A stretch of DNA of 64,000 nucleotides from Klebsormidium nitens (lineage: Eukaryota > Plantae > Klebsormidiophyceae): contig DF236966.1 of NCBI GenBank assembly GCA_000708835.1, positions 62,001-126,000 of the forward strand, given 5' to 3'. The notes under the pieces were generated by a model. The model was not told where the DNA came from, did no database searches, and worked only from the letters and a program-made list of their open reading frames with translations. Of this stretch, positions 61,346 through 64,000 are shown in pieces. The position numbers and the translations under genes are program-made. Each line of letters starts with the position of its first letter. Within the stretch, counting starts at the first letter, position 1.

Positions 61346-63834
61346 ATGTGCTCAACAATGGCCGCCGAACGAGCGAATCCAGTGGCAGAGGAGCAGGTGT
61401 TGTCCTCGTGGGAGGACTTTGATCTACTTTCAGAGGATTCTTTCAATGCAGCAACTCATGACGTTGAAAGCGTCAAGAATGACGCTTCTACTGGTGGGGG
61501 TTGTGATACTTTCGAGGAAGGAGACGTTGAGCAACTGGGAAGGCTGGCCAGCTCTGATTTGCCAGTGGAAGCTGGTTTAGTGCCAGCGACAAGTACTGCT
61601 CCGCATCATGTTCGCTTAGAAGCTGAGGTCCTCTCGGAAGAAACGCGTTTGGCTCAAGAAACCCCCCCGACTGGATCTGGTTTGCAGCATTCTGTTGGGA
61701 CAAGCTGTAACCCTCTAGGTCCAGATAGAATTCAGTCTCCTTCGAACGAGAAACCTTTTGAAACATCCAGACACAGGCAATTGCAAAAAACATCTGCCAC
61801 CTCTGCAGAAGAAGAAGGTTCAGGTACAACTGTTCACGAGCATGGCAGTCTACTTGACCTGGACTTTGATTCGGTGTGTCGCTGCCTGGAGCTACTTACG
61901 CTCAGAGACGTTTGCATGGTGGCGCAATGCTGTAGCAGGATGAGAGAGGCCGCTTACAACGACTCCGTATGGCAAGCCCTCTTTCGGTGAGAAACCAGTT
62001 CTCTCGTTGACAGGCGCATGATGGTAGAGGTTGTGGTTGTGGGGATCACGAGGGTGTGTCACCTGTTGTTTGGCCCCTCTGTTGATCCCGTGAGAAATTC
62101 CCGTTTCTGGCGACTAAACTTCTCATGGGCCTCCAAGCTGAGCAGCGTATGAAGGGGAGCAAACCGTAGACCATAAACACGTTCCTCTCAAGTATCATGT
62201 GAGCTTTTAGTTTGAGAAAGCCTTGTTTCTTTAAGACTCATTGCCACGTCCTTATCCTTGTCGCGTCGATTTCAATGAAGTTTTCCTTCCGAATCCACAA
62301 AGATGGCATTTTGGCCTCTTGATCACAGAATTCGTTGTATCAGACTTTAGCACCCCAACCTCGCCAAGCTTCCATGTCAAGTCCAAGAGAAGCTTCTCTC
62401 AAGGGGGGGTAGTCTGTTGATCATAGAAGACCACCAAACAGAAACCTCGTCCACTCCCTACAGGCGCGAGTGGCCAAGCATCCCCTTCCCCCCGGCCCAG
62501 CCAACACCCCCAGCATGGCGACATCTCTTCTTCGACCGATGGAAAGCTTGCCGCCAATTCCGCTTCCAAGATCCTTCCGTGTCAAAGTGGGCCTGCGAGG
62601 GGTTCTCTCCAGTCTGGCAGATTGCTATTAATTTTGACCAGAGCATAACTTGTCTAACCTGTGCGGAGCTGAGCACTTGGACATTTTCGGACAAAGAGGC
62701 CCCCGTCCGAAATGTGTCCAAGCACAAGCGAGCCTGCAAGACCGGGGAAAAGGCTCTGATGGTCCCAATAGAACTTCCCATGTTAGATCTCCGGGGGTGC
62801 CCTGCTGTCTCCGTAGACAGTGGCTTCCACCCTGTAATGCTGACCTCAGTAAGCCTTTCTGCCGGAGCGGAAGAAGCAGGACGCCTAAACTCGCCAATTA
62901 CCCCAACTCCATTCGAGGTTGGTAGAACAAAAAAAGGCGAACGAACACCAAGCTCTGAGGCGCTAGCACCAAAAGAGCACTTTTTCCTGGTGGCGGAAGA
63001 TAAGGTCCGTCTGTACAGCAGCCTTAGGGGGTGCTGCCGCACGCTCTCGACCACCCCCCCAGAACGGGTTCTGGCTCTGACCGACAGGGTTTTGGACTTG
63101 CCCGCTGGAGCACCTGAGGCAGTGATTGCAACTGGGGGGGAGGATAAGGTGGTGCGACTGTGGACGCTTGGGAGCCGCAGGAAAGGGGAGCAGCGACTGG
63201 TTTGCACTTTGCGGGGGCACGAGGATGCGATTGTCTTTCTTAGTGTGGCAAGGTGAGAAGTTGCCCTGTTCCAAGGGGGACGATCTCTTGGGTGGTGAGA
63301 TCTGTTTTGATGTCTGACTGGTGGTAGTGCCGTACTTGCTTCGGTAAGTGATGGCAAGTCGCTTGTGCAACATCTGCGTTCCATCACATTTGGGTGTTCC
63401 TTTCCCTCTTTCTCTTGTTTTCTTCTCTTCTGAGCTTTTGTTAGTGCCTTTGGATTTCCTAGCAGCACCCTCGACAGCTTTTTCTCTACTCCGTTTGCTG
63501 TCCACTGCGTTTCAGTCCGCCAATCTGACATAATCGGTCGGCATCTACCTTAGTATGCTTTCTTTTCTTTTCTTTTTTGCCAATTTTCGGCTTTTATACT
63601 TACTGAATTTCTGCACAGGCACGACCCGTCCCTGCTCGTCAGTGTGGGCAGTGCGGGCACCGTCAAGCTGTGGGACGCTGCGTCCGCCCTCGAGCTGCGG
63701 GGAGCGACTGCAGGCGCTTCCAAGAGCTGTCTTGCCACGTGGAAGGTTCTCGGGCCGACAGCTGGCCTGGCGATGTGCGGCCACGTGTGCTACGTCGCTG
63801 GGAAGACGGCTGTGACGGCCATCGATCTAAGAAG
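61346..63834 (+). CDS. F-box / WD40-repeat protein; exons 61346(or 61358)-61986, 62464-63252, 63619-63834; continues beyond the window
   Basis: F-box LLDLDFDSVCRCLELLTLRDVCMVAQCCSRMR...VWQALF; WD repeats IATGGEDKVVRLWTL, TLRGHEDAIVFL, LVSVGSAGTVKLWD; phase-2 junctions. Confidence 0.85.
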
Positions 63835-64000
63835 GTACGCCTATCTGCGCATTCTGCATTTCTCTCAAACACAGGTACGGGATAGAGTGGCAAAAACTTT
63901 GTTGAAAGGCCCGGTTGAGGCACTGGGTATAATCAAAGGCCTCCGTTTGGCAGCCAAAACTTTTCTGAAGGCGAGGTGATTCTTGAAGTAAAGCCGACAG

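Noticed and set aside
62458-63531. 357-aa minus-strand ORF
   Set aside because: Antisense to the WD40 exon and intron; no recognisable domain.
1-64000. tRNA, rRNA, hammerhead ribozyme, RT, integrase or transposase genes
   Set aside because: Scanning by eye for T-loop, CTGATGA...GAAA and catalytic motifs found none convincing. A covariance-model or HMM search could still find divergent ones.

Overview
Intron-rich eukaryotic nuclear DNA with GT-AG introns and plant-type genes. It best fits a streptophyte green alga such as Klebsormidium (inference from gene content; no database search was possible). No prokaryotic operons, CRISPR arrays, tRNA or rRNA genes were found. Eleven protein-coding genes were reconstructed by hand from phase-consistent splice sites, in order: peroxisomal Deg15 protease (3' part, ends in SKL), GFA/Mss4-like Zn protein (-), large SAM + NUGGC/SLIP-GC-like dynamin-superfamily GTPase (+), bestrophin-like channel (+), NUB1 (-), unknown single-pass membrane protein (+), conserved plant type-II membrane protein (+), two tandem Em/LEA group-1 genes (-), DUS1 (-) and an F-box/WD40 gene (+, runs off the window). 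Three MITE/foldback-like elements are also present. The most striking unexplained pattern is a set of 'splice-junction echoes'. At least 11 exon boundaries in 5 genes carry 1-5 or more decayed tandem copies (period about 75-200 bp) of the splice site plus adjacent exon and intron sequence. Nine are at acceptors and two at donors, and many copies keep an intact YAG or GT. A second anomaly: the convergent bestrophin and NUB1 genes both stop at 5' splice sites that face each other about 250 bp apart, and their expected 3' exons are missing. Exon models and family names are manual calls from memory and need RNA-seq and homology confirmation.
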